DNA of 64,000 nt from Raillietiella orientalis (Eukaryota): positions 992,001-1,056,000 of the forward strand of contig JAYWIR010000044.1 in NCBI GenBank assembly GCA_036172245.1, read 5' to 3'. Each line of letters begins with the position of its first letter. Positions within the stretch are counted from its first letter, which is position 1. Shown here in pieces: positions 38,054 to 50,510 of this stretch. The notes beneath the pieces are model-generated. The model did not search any database. It had not been told where the DNA came from and saw only the letters and a program-made list of their open reading frames with translations. Both the position numbers and the translations under genes were made by a program.

Positions 38054-38335
38054 CTGCAGTACTCCCAGGAGCCTTATGATCTGCGGATACTCCCGGGTGC
38101 CTTATGATCTGCAGTTGCTCCCGGGTGCCTTATGATCTGCGGATACTCCCGGGTGCCTTATGATCTGCAGTTACTCCCGGGTGCCTTATGATCTGCAGTT
38201 ACTCCCGGGTGCCTTATGATCTGCGGATACTCCCGGGTGCCTTATGATCTGCAGTTGCTCCCGGGTGCCTTATGATCTGCAGTTACTCCCGGGTGCCTTA
38301 TGGGCTGCAGTACTCCCAGGAGCCTTATGGGCTGC
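38054..38335. repeat. 28-bp tandem repeat (VNTR), ~10 units
   Basis: Unit gccttatgatctgc(ggat/agtt)(a/g)ctcccgggt; ccttatg recurs at 38072, 38100, 38128, ... 38296, 38323. Confidence 0.97.
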
Positions 38336-38344
38336 TGTCACTGT

Positions 38345-40346
38345 CGCGTCCTCCGTCCAGCCCGGGTTCAGGCCTTCGGGAACGGCGCGAGGTTTGAGAA
38401 CACGTGCGTTGATGCATTTGATGTTTGAGAACTTTCCAAAATGGTATTTCGTTTTCACTGGGGAAGGCTTCTAATTTTTCTCTGCTGCCCCTCTGCCCTT
38501 AAGCTTGCGGGATGAAAAAGTACGCGCACACGTTCCCTACGATGGGCTAAATTGCCTCTGATTCCTATGCTGACCTACATTTTAGAGGTCATTCGAACTT
38601 TGTCCTATTCAAGTTTCCTTTCAACTGCTCCTTCGTGGCTCGTGAAATTCAGTTTCTCTTTCCAGGCTCTGGAAATCCGGCGAAGCTCCAGATCGAATTG
38701 AATAAATTTTGAAGTTCCCTTTTCATTAAGCCCCCTTTTAATTTGCTTCTGTCGTGGATCCACAAGTTTCGCACCGACGATAAACGCCCTCCCCAGCACT
38801 TGTGCCGCTCCGGAGATCGATAGAACCAATTCTAAACTTTTTACAAGCTCCAGGTGCCCTTCCCTATTGAGACACACTGATCTCTCCACAGTTCTCCTGC
38901 TGTGAACCTTGGGGTTGGTTTATTCTGGTCGGAAGACAATGTTTAAAGCATCCTCATTTGGGTTTCCTGAGCGCCAGAACGAAGAGGCAGGTAGTCAGCT
39001 GCGCGTGGCCATTGACCTACCTTCTGGAGGCTGTCGCGCCAAGCAGAAGGCGAGCATTTTTCTGGTAGTCGTTTCCCGCTGGTGACTGTCCACATCTATA
39101 CGAGCCTTCCTCGATCTTCCTTATGACTTAATGAATGCTTCGGTAAAGAATGCACTCGGCAGTGGGAATGCCATCAATTCTGTTAATCCATTACGGGAAA
39201 CTCCAGCAATCTGTCAACTCGGAGGAAGCATCGAGCCATCCTTGCGTGCCATTGAGTTTGACCCCATACCAGACCCCAAAAATTAGCATTTGGATCATCA
39301 TGCCATTGGTTAGAAAGTTGATCACGATGCGCGTGAGCGGCTCAAGACGAGTTTCGCCCCAAAGTGGGCGTGCCTACGAGTTTCCTCCTTTATTCTCTCC
39401 GATTCGGGGAACATGCAATCGATGGCTTCAGGCGGGCGCCTCTCGCGCTGCCGCGGCTACTTTGCTTGGTCTGGTCCGCCATCTTCAGGAAGAAGATTCG
39501 CGCTCTCAGTGAAAGTCCTATGGATCGCTCGGGTCGAGGTCACGTGGGCCGCCTATGCCGCTGTCGCGTTGGGCGCACCCCATTCGTGCCGATGTCGAAC
39601 GGGAAGAACCCTGGCAAAGGAATAATGGCCACTGGTCACGTGAGGCGTTCGATATCGCGTAGCAGAGCGGGCGCTCCGCTTTCCAGGGCGTGTGGAGGTC
39701 AACTGGTACAGCACAGAGGAGAGATCGTCGGGGTCACTGAAGAGTCGGCGCGGCCCGTAGTGTTGCGCAGCGAGGAAGAGCTTCTTCCGGTTTCATGCTT
39801 AAGCCGGGCGCTGGGCCCGACGTGTGGGCGATGGCGGAAGGTTCCGTTTGCGCCTGCTCAAAGTGATAACAGCGGATGTGTCATTCTGGCGAGTTTATTG
39901 GGATTCAGCAGAATGGATTTGCATCTCACCAGGAGTCCTGCACCCGCAGCATCCTCACATGCGTGTGATGTGCTCCATAATGTAGGGAGGCTGTCCGAGG
40001 GTGTGGCAAAAATAGAATAAGATAGAAACGCGCGAGAACGGTTGGAATTTTATCCGAAGGTCGAAGCTGGAGGAAGCTGACATTCGAAGGGTCGATGGCC
40101 GACGTCTTCATCCATAAGAGGGTTCTTTTCGCGATCTTCGGAGGGGGTTCTGCGTGATCTTGTAAGATCTCCGGCGGTGTGCGTCTTCGGGGCCTGCTTG
40201 CCTGCGGCAACTCTCCGACGGGGCTACCCGGGAGCTGCCTCCAAGGTCGCTGCGTGGGCGGACGGGGGAGCAGGATGAGGCCAACGAGTGTTTCCTCATT
40301 TCGTGCCGTTCCCGAACGCCTGAACCCGGGCTGGACGGAAGACACG
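38345..40346. repeat. 46-bp inverted repeat pair (38345-38390 / 40301-40346)
   Basis: cgcgtcctccgtccagcccgggttcaggccttcgggaacggcgcga versus the reverse complement of 40301-40346; 4 mismatches. Confidence 0.9.
38500..40000 (-). mobile_element. Decayed LINE RT core
   Basis: Minus-strand IIPLP, RPERSI (~PGRSI), MIQML...VKLNG (~VxING), AADY (~FADD) and TRINQ, in order. Confidence 0.55.
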
Positions 40347-40619
40347 CGGCTGAAGGACGGAGCACTCGCTGGCTGTTGGCGGCGACGTAGCAGACGGGCT
40401 AGAAACCCATCTGGGAAGGTCACTCCACTCGGGGAAACAAATGGCAGGTGTGGAGGGCACACGCGAGGACAGGACGCATTATGCCCTTGCGTAGAACTTT
40501 ATGAGGTGATGGCTGTGGAAAATCGGAAGGAAGGGGGGCACCAGAGACCTCTTGCGGCTCCTTTCTCCTTATCGTGAGGTGGTTTTTTCTCGCGAAAGAG
40601 ATCCTCCCTCTTGGAAACG

Positions 40620-41510
40620 CTCGGGATTTACTCGGGAGAGAGGCCCGCAGACACGGAGCAGCTTCGCATCACTGCAGGTGCGAAGTGACCATTGCAACTG
40701 ACCACTGAGACTCGAGCCGCAAGGTCAGTTGCAGACGGGTGAGTTCGTGGCTCGAGCCACGAACTGCAGATTAGATTCGTTGACGAATTCCGCCCGATGG
40801 CAAAGATGAACTTTTCCTGGCCTCGGAGAGATGGGGTCTGCGTGCTGGCTGCTCGTCCTACCAAAATGCAATGGTGGCTGTCGTGCGTTCCCTTCGAAGG
40901 GGATGGACAAAGCTTTGAGGTCAGCAAAACCAGCATTTGGAAGACTGGGCGCCGAATCCCGACTACCCATCCGTCTCGAGGTAAAGGTGTTTTAGCTCGG
41001 GAGCAACTGGAAGTGTGTCGATTCTTCAGGTATCCGGCATGTGACTAGAACCCATGGCTGTTGAAGTGGAGGTGAGTAACTGCTCGTCGTTTGGGCCGTG
41101 TTTGAAGAAGGTCCTTATATGTAGAGTTGATGACCGTGGGAAGATTGCATTCGCAGCAGGAATGCCTTTAAAGCGAGAGGTAGGGAATCGCCTTTTTCAA
41201 AAACACCGGGAAGGGTAGCTGCCCTCCTCCTCCCGGAAGGAGATTTTTCGGTCCCGAAAAGGAGACAGCACCGAAAATTCTCAGCATGAAATTCGTTGCA
41301 GCTTTCACGCCGACAAAAAGACATTAAAAACCAACAAATCCTTCTCTTTGAAGAGCAGTAGCATTCCGGGAATGCCGGAAAGGACTCGCGTGTTTCGCAC
41401 CAGCAACCTTTTATCAACGTCCTCGGCCAGAAGCGAACACGTGCCTCCCCGGCAGCAGGTTGCTGGCGGGCTGTTCCGGGTTTGGTGTCGGTCGGTTGCC
41501 TCCAGCTCAC
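40620..41510 (-). mobile_element. LINE linker/RT start remnant
   Basis: RVRFW...CETRESF (linker) and QEKFIFAIGRNSSTNL (RT 2a QxxFxxGRxxxDN). Confidence 0.4.
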
Positions 41511-42599
41511 AGCAGGCGATCTTCCACGGGCATCCTCAAGCCAATGTGCTCAGTTCCTTTGATGGGAAGCTGGTATCGAGTGTAGTGTTCCAGCATCTCC
41601 GGAATGGTCTGGAAAGGCTTCGAATTCTGCCCGAGAATGTACATGCCGCTTTGCTCGCTCTGGCATATTCGGATGTGCAGGAAACCCTTCAGACTCCTTG
41701 ATCAAGAGACCGTTTGAGGAGGAGGCGCCTGAACTGCCGCTATCTTACTTCAGGGACAGAGAATATCCGTACGTCCTGGACTCGCTGTTCCTCAGGAGGA
41801 AACTTCCCTGTGGGTACTTCCTCAGCAGGCGCTCAGCTTCCAGTCGGGTGATGGTGCCGTGAAACCAGCTAAAGAGGAAGGGTTGGGTGCGATCCTTCTA
41901 CGTAGCGCGCGCGCGCAGTGTCCCACATCCTCTTTCCCGCGGTTCCTCCGAGCAGAAAGGGCCGGAAACAAAGGGCGACACAACGAACCTTTGAGCTTCC
42001 AGGGGGATGCTGGCATCGAACGATAGCTTGAACCCCTGGTGGGCCTGTGAGTCGAGGTTCAAGTTCAAGCTGTTCCGGTTGACCTCTGCAACAAACAAAC
42101 ATACCAAAAATCCAGGGAGTGGGGAGTCACGTCGGTTTGTCCGCATTCGCCCCTACTTTGCTGCGACGGTTAAGTTTCTCAGCTTCGAAGGTGACAGACG
42201 GCGGATGGGATATAGGAATTTCCTACCCGCTGTGTTTGTGGGAACGCAAGGGATATCGTATATAGGAACCACCATCCCGTAACCACAAAACAGGAGATCC
42301 CAAAACGGGAGACACAGGAAAAAAAAAAAAAGAGAGGTTTTCGTGAGAGCGGCCATCTAGAAAGAGGAGGGTGATGTGGCCAAAGACCACCCGAACCACT
42401 CACAAGGTCTTTTGTTGTTGTTCCCATGGTAATCACCAAGAAGCAAGCACGAGCCTTTCCCCCCCCAAAAAAAGGAAAACCCGATCCAAGAAAAGGGAGC
42501 GCAGTCTGATTTCGAAGCGACCCTTTCTTCCTGGAAGTTGCCTTTCGTCGTGAGGCACCCGACTTTGATCTTCCGATAACTCATCGACCGACACTCAGT

Positions 42600-43900
42600 T
42601 CTCTTCTTGTTAGCGCGCTCGCATTGTCCTCAGCTTCTCTACAGCCAACGCAGGAAACTGCTGCATCTATCCAAGTCATCTGTTTGGAAGGAACAAGGAG
42701 GAAATAAAATGCAGCTGCTCCATTCCAAGGCTTCAAAGGCTGAGCGAGACGCCTTCACTTTCGAGGCAGAGAACGGCGAACTTCCCTCCTCCGTCTGCAA
42801 CGGTTCGATCTCTCTCCCCCCCTCCTCCTTTCCATCCGGAACTGCAAAATATTTCCAGCTGTTCAATGAAGTTGTCTTTTTTTTGGGGGGAGGTGTGCGG
42901 GGGTGCCGATGGAACTCCAGCAGCCTGATGGACTTCCAAGAAGCACGCGTGTCTTCGCAAAATGCACCTTCGTAATCGCTTCTTTCATTTCGTTCTGGGA
43001 TTCCTCCTCCTCCTCTTCCTGTTGATGACTTAGTTTCATTTCACGGCGACACGAGTTCTACGATCTCGGCGCTGCAACGCAAATATTCGGCATTTCGTTC
43101 TTCAAATGTCTGACCGCTTTCGAGAGCTGCTTCCAGTCGAAACACGATACACCTCAAGAACGTTGCTGCCGACCTTCTGGAACGCTCCTCGTCCTTTTGT
43201 CTAAGATACAATGAATAATGTCAAAACTCGCAAACCGCTAAAGGAGTGGACGAACTCTTTTTGCTTTTATGCGGCGCTTTTGCATGGCCCTATCAAAGAG
43301 CATCGAAGGAAAAAAGTTCCAGTCACGTGTGGTAACTCCAGCCCGAGCCAAGACAGATCGTCCCTGCTGCCTTTTTTTCCCTCTCTCTCTCTCTCTCTCA
43401 TCCCTCTGGTAGCACTCATGGAGGAAGAATAAAGGACGGCGATCCAAGATTCTGTGAATTAACCGTCTTCACGAAAAAGCAAGATTGCTAAATCTACCGT
43501 TAGATGACAGCAGAGTTCACATCTGCTAAGTGATCAGCGACATTATGTCGCTTAGCTCGTTCGGAAATGCCTCTTCATCTCATTAACAACTGATTTCAGG
43601 GTTTCCTCCTCGTTAGCCGCGCCCATCCCCTGATTAACCTCACAAATAATGGGAAATCGCGTGGCCAATATTTGCAGCCGGATGCGCGCCTGAATAAGCG
43701 TCTACTTGACGCTCATTCAAGCATTTTTAGCAGCATTTCTAGCCGAAAGCCCGACTGCTCCAACGCGGATGTGGCACCAACAGATTTCCATGCATACGGT
43801 TCCCATCTTTGATTATTCGACTGCTCCGGATGCTTGATCAGAGTAAAGAAGAGAGACTGTTTCCCCATTAATTAAGTATCGACGGAGAGCTCAAACGCGG
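42600..43900 (-). mobile_element. LINE RT remnant (domain 4 to thumb)
   Basis: LINGETVS (~43870), LEVYRVSTG (~43150) and VPDGKEEGG (~42830). Confidence 0.4.
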
Positions 43901-44559
43901 AGAAGAATTTTTCGAAACTCTAACGAGGATTTGAGCTTGCAGCAAAAGGCAAAAGGAGGGAGGGAGGGGGAGAGGGAATCAGAATTCCCAGCAGCGGCTG
44001 GAGAACTTTGATTTTTGTCAGAAATTTGACAGAAATCTGGAGTGGTGATTCGCCTTCGATGACACCCCGCATTCGGGTTTGAGGAAAACTCATCACGGGC
44101 GCTGCCTATCGGATTCGTTACGTCTCAACTGAAGCAAAGAGGAAAACGCGCCGGGGGGAGTCCCGGAACCCTTGGAAACCAGAATTTCCGAATCGGAAAT
44201 TTCGCATCTCCATCCCAGTCAGTGCGCTGGAGCTTGGCAAATCCTTCCGTACTCCGCGAACCGTCAAAGTAGTCGGCAGGGATGCGATTCCGTGTCTTCT
44301 GCGAACTTTTAGAGGACGCGGTTTCAAGGAAGGTTCGTATCGCCCTTTCATCTCCCCGTCTTCTCTGTCTCCATCGGAACCGAATCGTCTGGGAAAAAAC
44401 GGTTCCGGTTCCCCCTCGCCGGAACGATTACGCGCGATCCCGTGATTTCGGCGTAGGTAGGGGGGTGGGGGGAACCGGAACCGGTTCCCAATCGAACCTC
44501 GTGGTGGAATAAGGAACGAAGCCGGAGGCAATCTTCATGTCGGACGACGCTCAAGGTTT

Positions 44560-45300
44560 TCCAGAGCGCCGATCGGATGGCCCCGTCACCCGGAGCGACC
44601 GGCCTGCTCCCCGGGGGAAACTCCGAGCCCTGGAAGGGGGTAGGGGTGCTGCCGCACGAAGGACGTGAAGGCGCTGCGCACTCCGACCCGCCACGTCCTC
44701 GGCCGCAGGGACGGTCAGCACACTTTCAGCGGTTCTAACCAGAACGAGGACGGGCAGTTGCCGAATGCAACCGCGTTGGCCGCGGGGGCGAGCAGCCCAG
44801 GGTGGCCGGAGACCAAACCCGAAGCCGTTGCGATCTCGCGTTTGAAAATTCGTGGAATTCCAGGCTGTCCTCTGTCCGACGACTGGGAACGACGTCAGAG
44901 GCGGTAGGCCTGCCGAGGAAAAACTACCTGAGATGAAAATGACACGCAGCGAGCTGAGAGATTCCTCTCTCTCTCTCTCTCTCTTTTTTTTTGTTGTTTG
45001 GCACGCCGTTCTGCTCGTCGCGTGTGAAACTCGGACCTATGTTGGTTTGCGTGTCACCATCACCTGAGGCACACAGCAATTGAGAACGCGCGCCGGGATA
45101 GCGTGTGCAGTGGAGGCGTCCTAACGTCGCGGTGATCCGATTCCGAATCTCCGTGGAAACGAACTGATCGCAGGCATCCAGCTTCTGCGAAATCGGGAGA
45201 TCATTGGGGCCGCGTAATTGGAAACGCGGAACGATTCCCCAGTGTCATCAGCAACCAGGTCTTTCAGGAGATTTAGCGCGATTTGAAGGCGTTCAGAAGG
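44560..45300 (-). mobile_element. LINE AP-endonuclease remnant
   Basis: NYAAP (~NVYAP) and GPSDRR (~SDH). 44560-44715 is homologous to 46738-46885 (shared agagcgccgatcggatggcccc). Confidence 0.45.
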
Positions 45301-46399
45301 CCAAGTCCTCCATCGGGAAGCGGCGATAGGTTCAAGTTTGGGGAGCCACTTCAGGGGTTCGTCAGTAGGGGGAAAAGCATTGCCAGATTTCTTCAGGCAA
45401 AGGCTTGAAATTAATAAGAGGTTTGACAGTGAGCCACTGACTGATGAGGATTAACGGAGCCGGAGGGTCGGCTGATAACGGGTGGACAGAATGGGGGTCG
45501 CATAGTATGTTGGGGTGCTTGACATGATGGGAAAAAAGAAAGCGTTTTTTTTTTTTTTTTCTTTTGGTTCTTCGATGCAACGGGAAGTGCCGCGCAAGCA
45601 AGCAACACTGGCTGCCAGGGTGACGGCAGGCCGGAAGCGGTGGGTTTAGCCGGTTTGGATTCCCAGACCGGAATCCAAGCAGCTCCAGAAGGATGCGAGT
45701 GGCTCGCGGAGGGGGATTCGTCGCGCTTCCCGCTTTTCGTAAGGCGGGCAGCTGGGCGTTGGAAAGGAGGGCTCCCGTCCTGGGCTGCCCCTCGGCGATC
45801 ACGGCCGGAAGCAGCGGCCAGCAGTTCTTAGGCGTTTCTGCGCGCGCTCCTGGAACTTTCGTGCGGGCATTTGCGGTGCCTCCGAAAATTTCCGGTGCTG
45901 CCTCCCGCGTGGACCAGCCGGCCGCTGTCCACTACGCCGTTCCCCCTCTTTCCGAGTCCAAGTTATGCCCTCGTCGCCTCCCTAGCAGCATCTCCGCACG
46001 CCCCTGGACGGAAGTCCCTTCGAGCGCGCGTCGGAGGCCATGCAGTTAAGGTGGTCTCCGCTCATGGCACCAAGCATCGCAGGTTCGAATACTCCGCGGG
46101 ATGGGGGTGCGTCCTGGGTCCCTCCTCACATCGCCCTCTTCAGGGCCGCAGTCGCCACTTCCTTGCGTTGCACCGTGCATTCGAGAGCATGGCGTCTTCT
46201 GGCTCTGCGAATTCGTCTGTTTCTCTTCTGAAGTCCGTGTCGAAGGCCATGTGTGGCTGCTGAGGTCTCCGCGAGTGGCACCACCAAGCGTCGCGGGTTC
46301 GTACAGATGTGGCTCCCCGGAACGCCGTGTTGGACGTTCCTGCCCTGGGTTCCGCGAGAGGGAAACATGCGCGGACGCTCATGGGAGTCTCTGAAAAGG

Positions 46400-48700
46400 G
46401 CCCTAACTCACACCCGAGAGAGGCAAATCCTCCTGGGCTGCTCCTTGGCGGCTGAACGTCTTCCTCTGGAGAGCCGACCCGAGGTGCCGCTTTCGCGTTT
46501 CATCCTTTGCCCTCCTCCGCTCGTGTCCTGCCCCTGCTCCCATCGAACGCGTCCCCTCAGGACGGCCTCCGGGCGGAGCCGCTGCCCGCCGACCTGGAAA
46601 GAGTCCTCTCTCCGACGGCCGCCGCTTCCAGGAAACCGGTCGCCGAGGAAACGCGATCGGAGCGCCAGGAAAGGGCTTCCTGGCCGACCGCCGTCGGCCG
46701 GAGGAAAGCTTCATCCTGGACAACGCCGGAGATTTTATAGAGCGCCGATCGGATGGCCCCACCGCCCGGAGCGCCCTCCCTGATTCCCGCCATCGGGAGC
46801 ACCATCGAACCCGGGAGGGTGCAACCACCCGAAGGGCGTGAAGACGGCGCGCTCCCGCCAGACCCACCCTCGACTGCAGGGACGTCTGTCTCTGCCGATC
46901 ATCCTCCTCTTTGGCCACTTTTCCCGGGCCCGAAGGCTCGGACCCAGCTCTGGAGATCCTTCCAGGGAAGCCTCCGGGAACGATCGCGTGGACCGCCCTC
47001 TGCCTTCCGCTTCCACTCCCGGGAGGCAACCTTCTTCCCTCCCGGAAGAGAAGGGTGTGCAAATCCAGAGGGACCGACAGGGAAAGGGTTACCGCCGCTG
47101 CCAAGGCAGAGAAGGATGGTGAGCCTCATGAGGGGCTGACCCTTTCCTCCGACGGTTCCTTGCCGCTGCCCCGGCTGCGGGCGACGGAGGGTCTACCCCA
47201 GGCCCCCATCCTCCCGCTCGACTCTCCTGGAGCTACCTGCTTTCTCCGTTCCGAAGGACCTTGGCGAGCCTCCAGCCCTGCGCTGGTGGTTTCTCCTGAA
47301 CTTCGGGGCGTTCCTCAGGAATTCCGGGATGTCCTCCGGCAGTTCTGAGGGAGAAGGGAGATGGGTGGGAGGCGCGAGGAAGAGCGGGTCGCCAGAAGCG
47401 CGTCCGGGAGTCCACCGGAGGTGCCGTCTCAGTCCCATGTGGGCGGATGGAAGTCCTTGGGCCGTATCATCTGGCCTTCACAGCCCCGCGGCGGGTACAC
47501 CAGCCCGAGGGGGCAAGAAAGGCAACCCTGACTCTGCCTCTGCTGCTGCTGAATCCCCCTATCGGGAGGAGAAAGGGGAGGTCGCGCGAGCGCGGTCCTC
47601 TGTCCATTCCATGACTCTGTGACCGGAAAGGTGGTCGCCCGCGACCGGGTCGTGCGCCTTACCGAGGAAACATGATTTAGGCACAGACTGCCTCGGGTTG
47701 CGCGCTTGCGCGAAAGGGAGGGGGAGGCACCCACGCGTCAAGCGGCTACTCTCACCGGAAGGACAAGGCGTCGGCGGAGACCGAGAAGATGCCGGGGGGC
47801 CGTTGCAGGGAGAGCTCGCACCGGGACGTCCCTGGCCGTCTCCGCTGTCGCCAGTGCCCACTCCGGAGTCCTCATCTTCCCGTGACGAAGTCCCGCCCTC
47901 CTCGAGAGGTTCTTCCGACTCCAGGTGTCGCGGCTTCCACGCGCGGCTGCGTTGCCAAAAAAGGGCGGCGTCCGGTCCGTCGCTTGCGAGGCCTCCTGGA
48001 GCCTGGCGCCTGCGTTCGAGGCGCGGATCCGTCACCAATGGGAGGAGGAAACGCGGCGACCGCGCTGGCGGCTGCGGCTCCTGGTCCGCAGGAGCTGCAG
48101 AGGCGTCCCTGCCGCCAAGGCGACTGCTCGAGGGCAGCCCGTCTTCGCCCGACGGGGCCGATTTCCTGCGGGATTTTCCGGGATGTGCGAGGGGGCCAGC
48201 GGCAAAGGATCGGAAAAGCCTCGCCGGGGGGGAGGAGGTGGCGCTACCGGTGCCTCCCGGGACCGTCGGCGCCGTGGAAGGGTCTTCCTGGAGCAAGGCA
48301 TGCGCCGTGAGTGACCTCGGCAGGCCCTCGGGAAGTCCTGTCCCTTCTTTCGATGGAACGGCGCCGCGGGGAGAGGGGAACAGCCGCGACAGCCACGAGG
48401 CCACTGAAACGGACGACCTCGGCGTGCCTTTCCTCTTCTTCTTCAGCAGGTGGAGCCACTGCGGCGCCATCTCTCGGCCGCGTCGCACCGCGCCTCCCGC
48501 GGGAGCGGCGGTGCGCTTCGGGATGTCGGCGTCGTCGCCGCTGCTGGTTGAACCGGGTCTCTGGATGGCGCAAGGAGAGCGGCCGCCCGTCTCGCGTGCG
48601 CGGCGCGGTCCATCCCAGCCTCGTAGGATGCTGCCGATGGTCATCCGACTTTTGCCTGCAAGCAGAGACGGCAATCCTACAGTCGACGTGGGCACTCTAC
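46400..48700 (-). mobile_element. LINE ORF1 low-complexity tail plus APE remnant
   Basis: Long GC-rich P/S/R-rich frame (47559..48695), followed by ARRLH...GPSDRRSI (APE end) in ORF 46403..47104. Confidence 0.4.
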
Positions 48701-49039
48701 GTCCAGCACAACAACCGAGCTGACAAAGGGGTGCCTATGGCGCTCCCCTCGGTCTGTTGACCTTACCCACCCACTTGCTAGCGTTTGGACGAATGCTCTA
48801 TGGCCGCCTTGCTCCACTGCCTCCCAGATCAGGGCGGCGGAGGAAGGAAGAAAAAATAGCGGGAGAGACCCCACTGGAGCGGAAGACGTCAGCGACCGCC
48901 AGCTGTGTCGAACAGCTTTGTCGGAACTCCCCGGAATGTGCTCCCGGGGGGTTGTACTCCGCCCCGCGGCCGTCAAGGGACGCCGGGTCACCCTGCCGGC
49001 CCCCCTTGCGTGCAGTCATCTGCGCCAAGTGCCATGCTG

Positions 49040-49530
49040 CTCAGCTGCTAAGCAGCTGCTTTCTCATCAGGTCAGCACTGGAATGGTTGGTGCGATGGCA
49101 CGTGACGAGGTCACTCTGCCCCTGACTTTCCCTAGGATGAATTCGTCTCCGGGGTTCGAACCCGCGGCCGTTCGAACAGTGCCGGCGTCTCCCGCCACCC
49201 TGCCATGCATGCGGACTCGACCCCACTATCTCGCGGCGTGCTCGCTCCTTTGGAGGGCGCTCGGGGGCGTTTGGAAGACGCCCTGGCCGTGTCAAACGGT
49301 GGACGACACCGACATCTCCGTCCGAGACTGCTGCTACTCAAAGGCGAACAGTGGTTGCTCCGGACGTTGCTGACTCCTTCGAGAGCACCTTTGTCGCTTT
49401 CGGAAGCGCCCCGGGAAGAAAGCAGATCAGGTGCAAACACCTCGAAGAAGGGTCCCCAGCAGCTGGCTTTCCACTGCCACTGGGGACCCCCATGATGGAT
49501 AGTCGCTGAGAGGGCTGGAGACAACATGGC
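49040..49530 (-). mobile_element. LINE APE C-terminal remnant (paralog of 54300-54760)
   Basis: TIHHGGPQWQW...PDLLSS...RSNH, then GQGVF; clear DNA similarity to 54330-54730. Confidence 0.55.
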
Positions 49531-49779
49531 CGCGGGGTATCCGATGAAGGAAGCGTCCGGAACAGAGGCGCCTCAAGAAGAACTGGTGCCAGCGTATGAG
49601 TACTGTACCGAAGACTCTTGGAAATGATGTCGTGACGCGTCAGCGGCTTTCGTCAGACCGGGCAACGGGCGCCAGTCGGCTCCACTATTGCCGGCGTCAC
49701 CACCAAAGACTCGTTTTCACGAGGAAATTCCTGTCGGCCTGTTTTCAAGGAGAGGAAGCAGGGTCGATGATGTTAAACC

Positions 49780-50510
49780 TTCAATTACTCGCTGACTGCA
49801 CCGTGCGCGCGCGCGAAGAAGGGTCCGAAGAGGTCCAAGCGGTCGAAGAGGCCGTTTCGAAGCCGTCCTGGTGCGCCTCTGGAGTCTCTTCGTGGGTGTC
49901 CCCCAGGAGGACCCGCGGGCGCGACTTACCGACGCGTGCGTACACTTGGCTGTAAGGTCGAGTCTCAGGGCATGAATACACTTTGTGGACGGAAGGGTCG
50001 CCGGGCTGCAGATAGTTCTTGGCATCCAGCGGAGAAGAGTAGACGTGGTTCACTTGGAGGCACGTCTCACTCTGAAGGGATTTGGCATGGCTCACGAGGT
50101 CCACGGGCGTGGCATACTGGTCTTTCAGCGTCACCTGGACAAGAGACGAGCCCGGTTAGAGTGGTTCCTCGTAAGAAATCTCGACGACCCCTCCGAGGCT
50201 ATGGTTGTGTAGGACCGTTACCCGTGCGAATTCCCCACCTCTTCATTTCCCCCATCCCACCCACCCCCGTCCGAGGCAGAGGCTGTTTTCTTTCGCAGCC
50301 GCGAAGGCACTGCATTCCTTCGAGGAAGGCCGCAAAGGAAATGTTTCGTGAGGATGGCAGCGGGGCAGTGACGCTCACACGAACGTTTTTCTCCCTCCGC
50401 GTTTTCCGGAAAGCGGGTGCTAGTGGACCACCTTTTGCCGGAGCGCCGCCATCGCCCATCGCCAACAAGAGCGCAACTATTACCACTGCCATAGAGGGAC
50501 TGCCCACCTC
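49780..50510 (-). mobile_element. LINE RT domains 4-6 remnant
   Basis: AKGGPLAPAF (~QGCPLSPxLF) and SETCLQVNHVYS (~SGLxVNxxKS). Confidence 0.45.

Noticed and set aside
38054..38335. CRISPR array (28-bp repeats)
   Set aside because: Units are head-to-tail with no unique spacers, there are no cas genes, and the context is eukaryotic.
47559..48723. Overlapping 378/341-aa ORFs as host genes
   Set aside because: Open on both strands owing to high GC, low complexity, no recognisable domain; position fits a LINE ORF1 tail.
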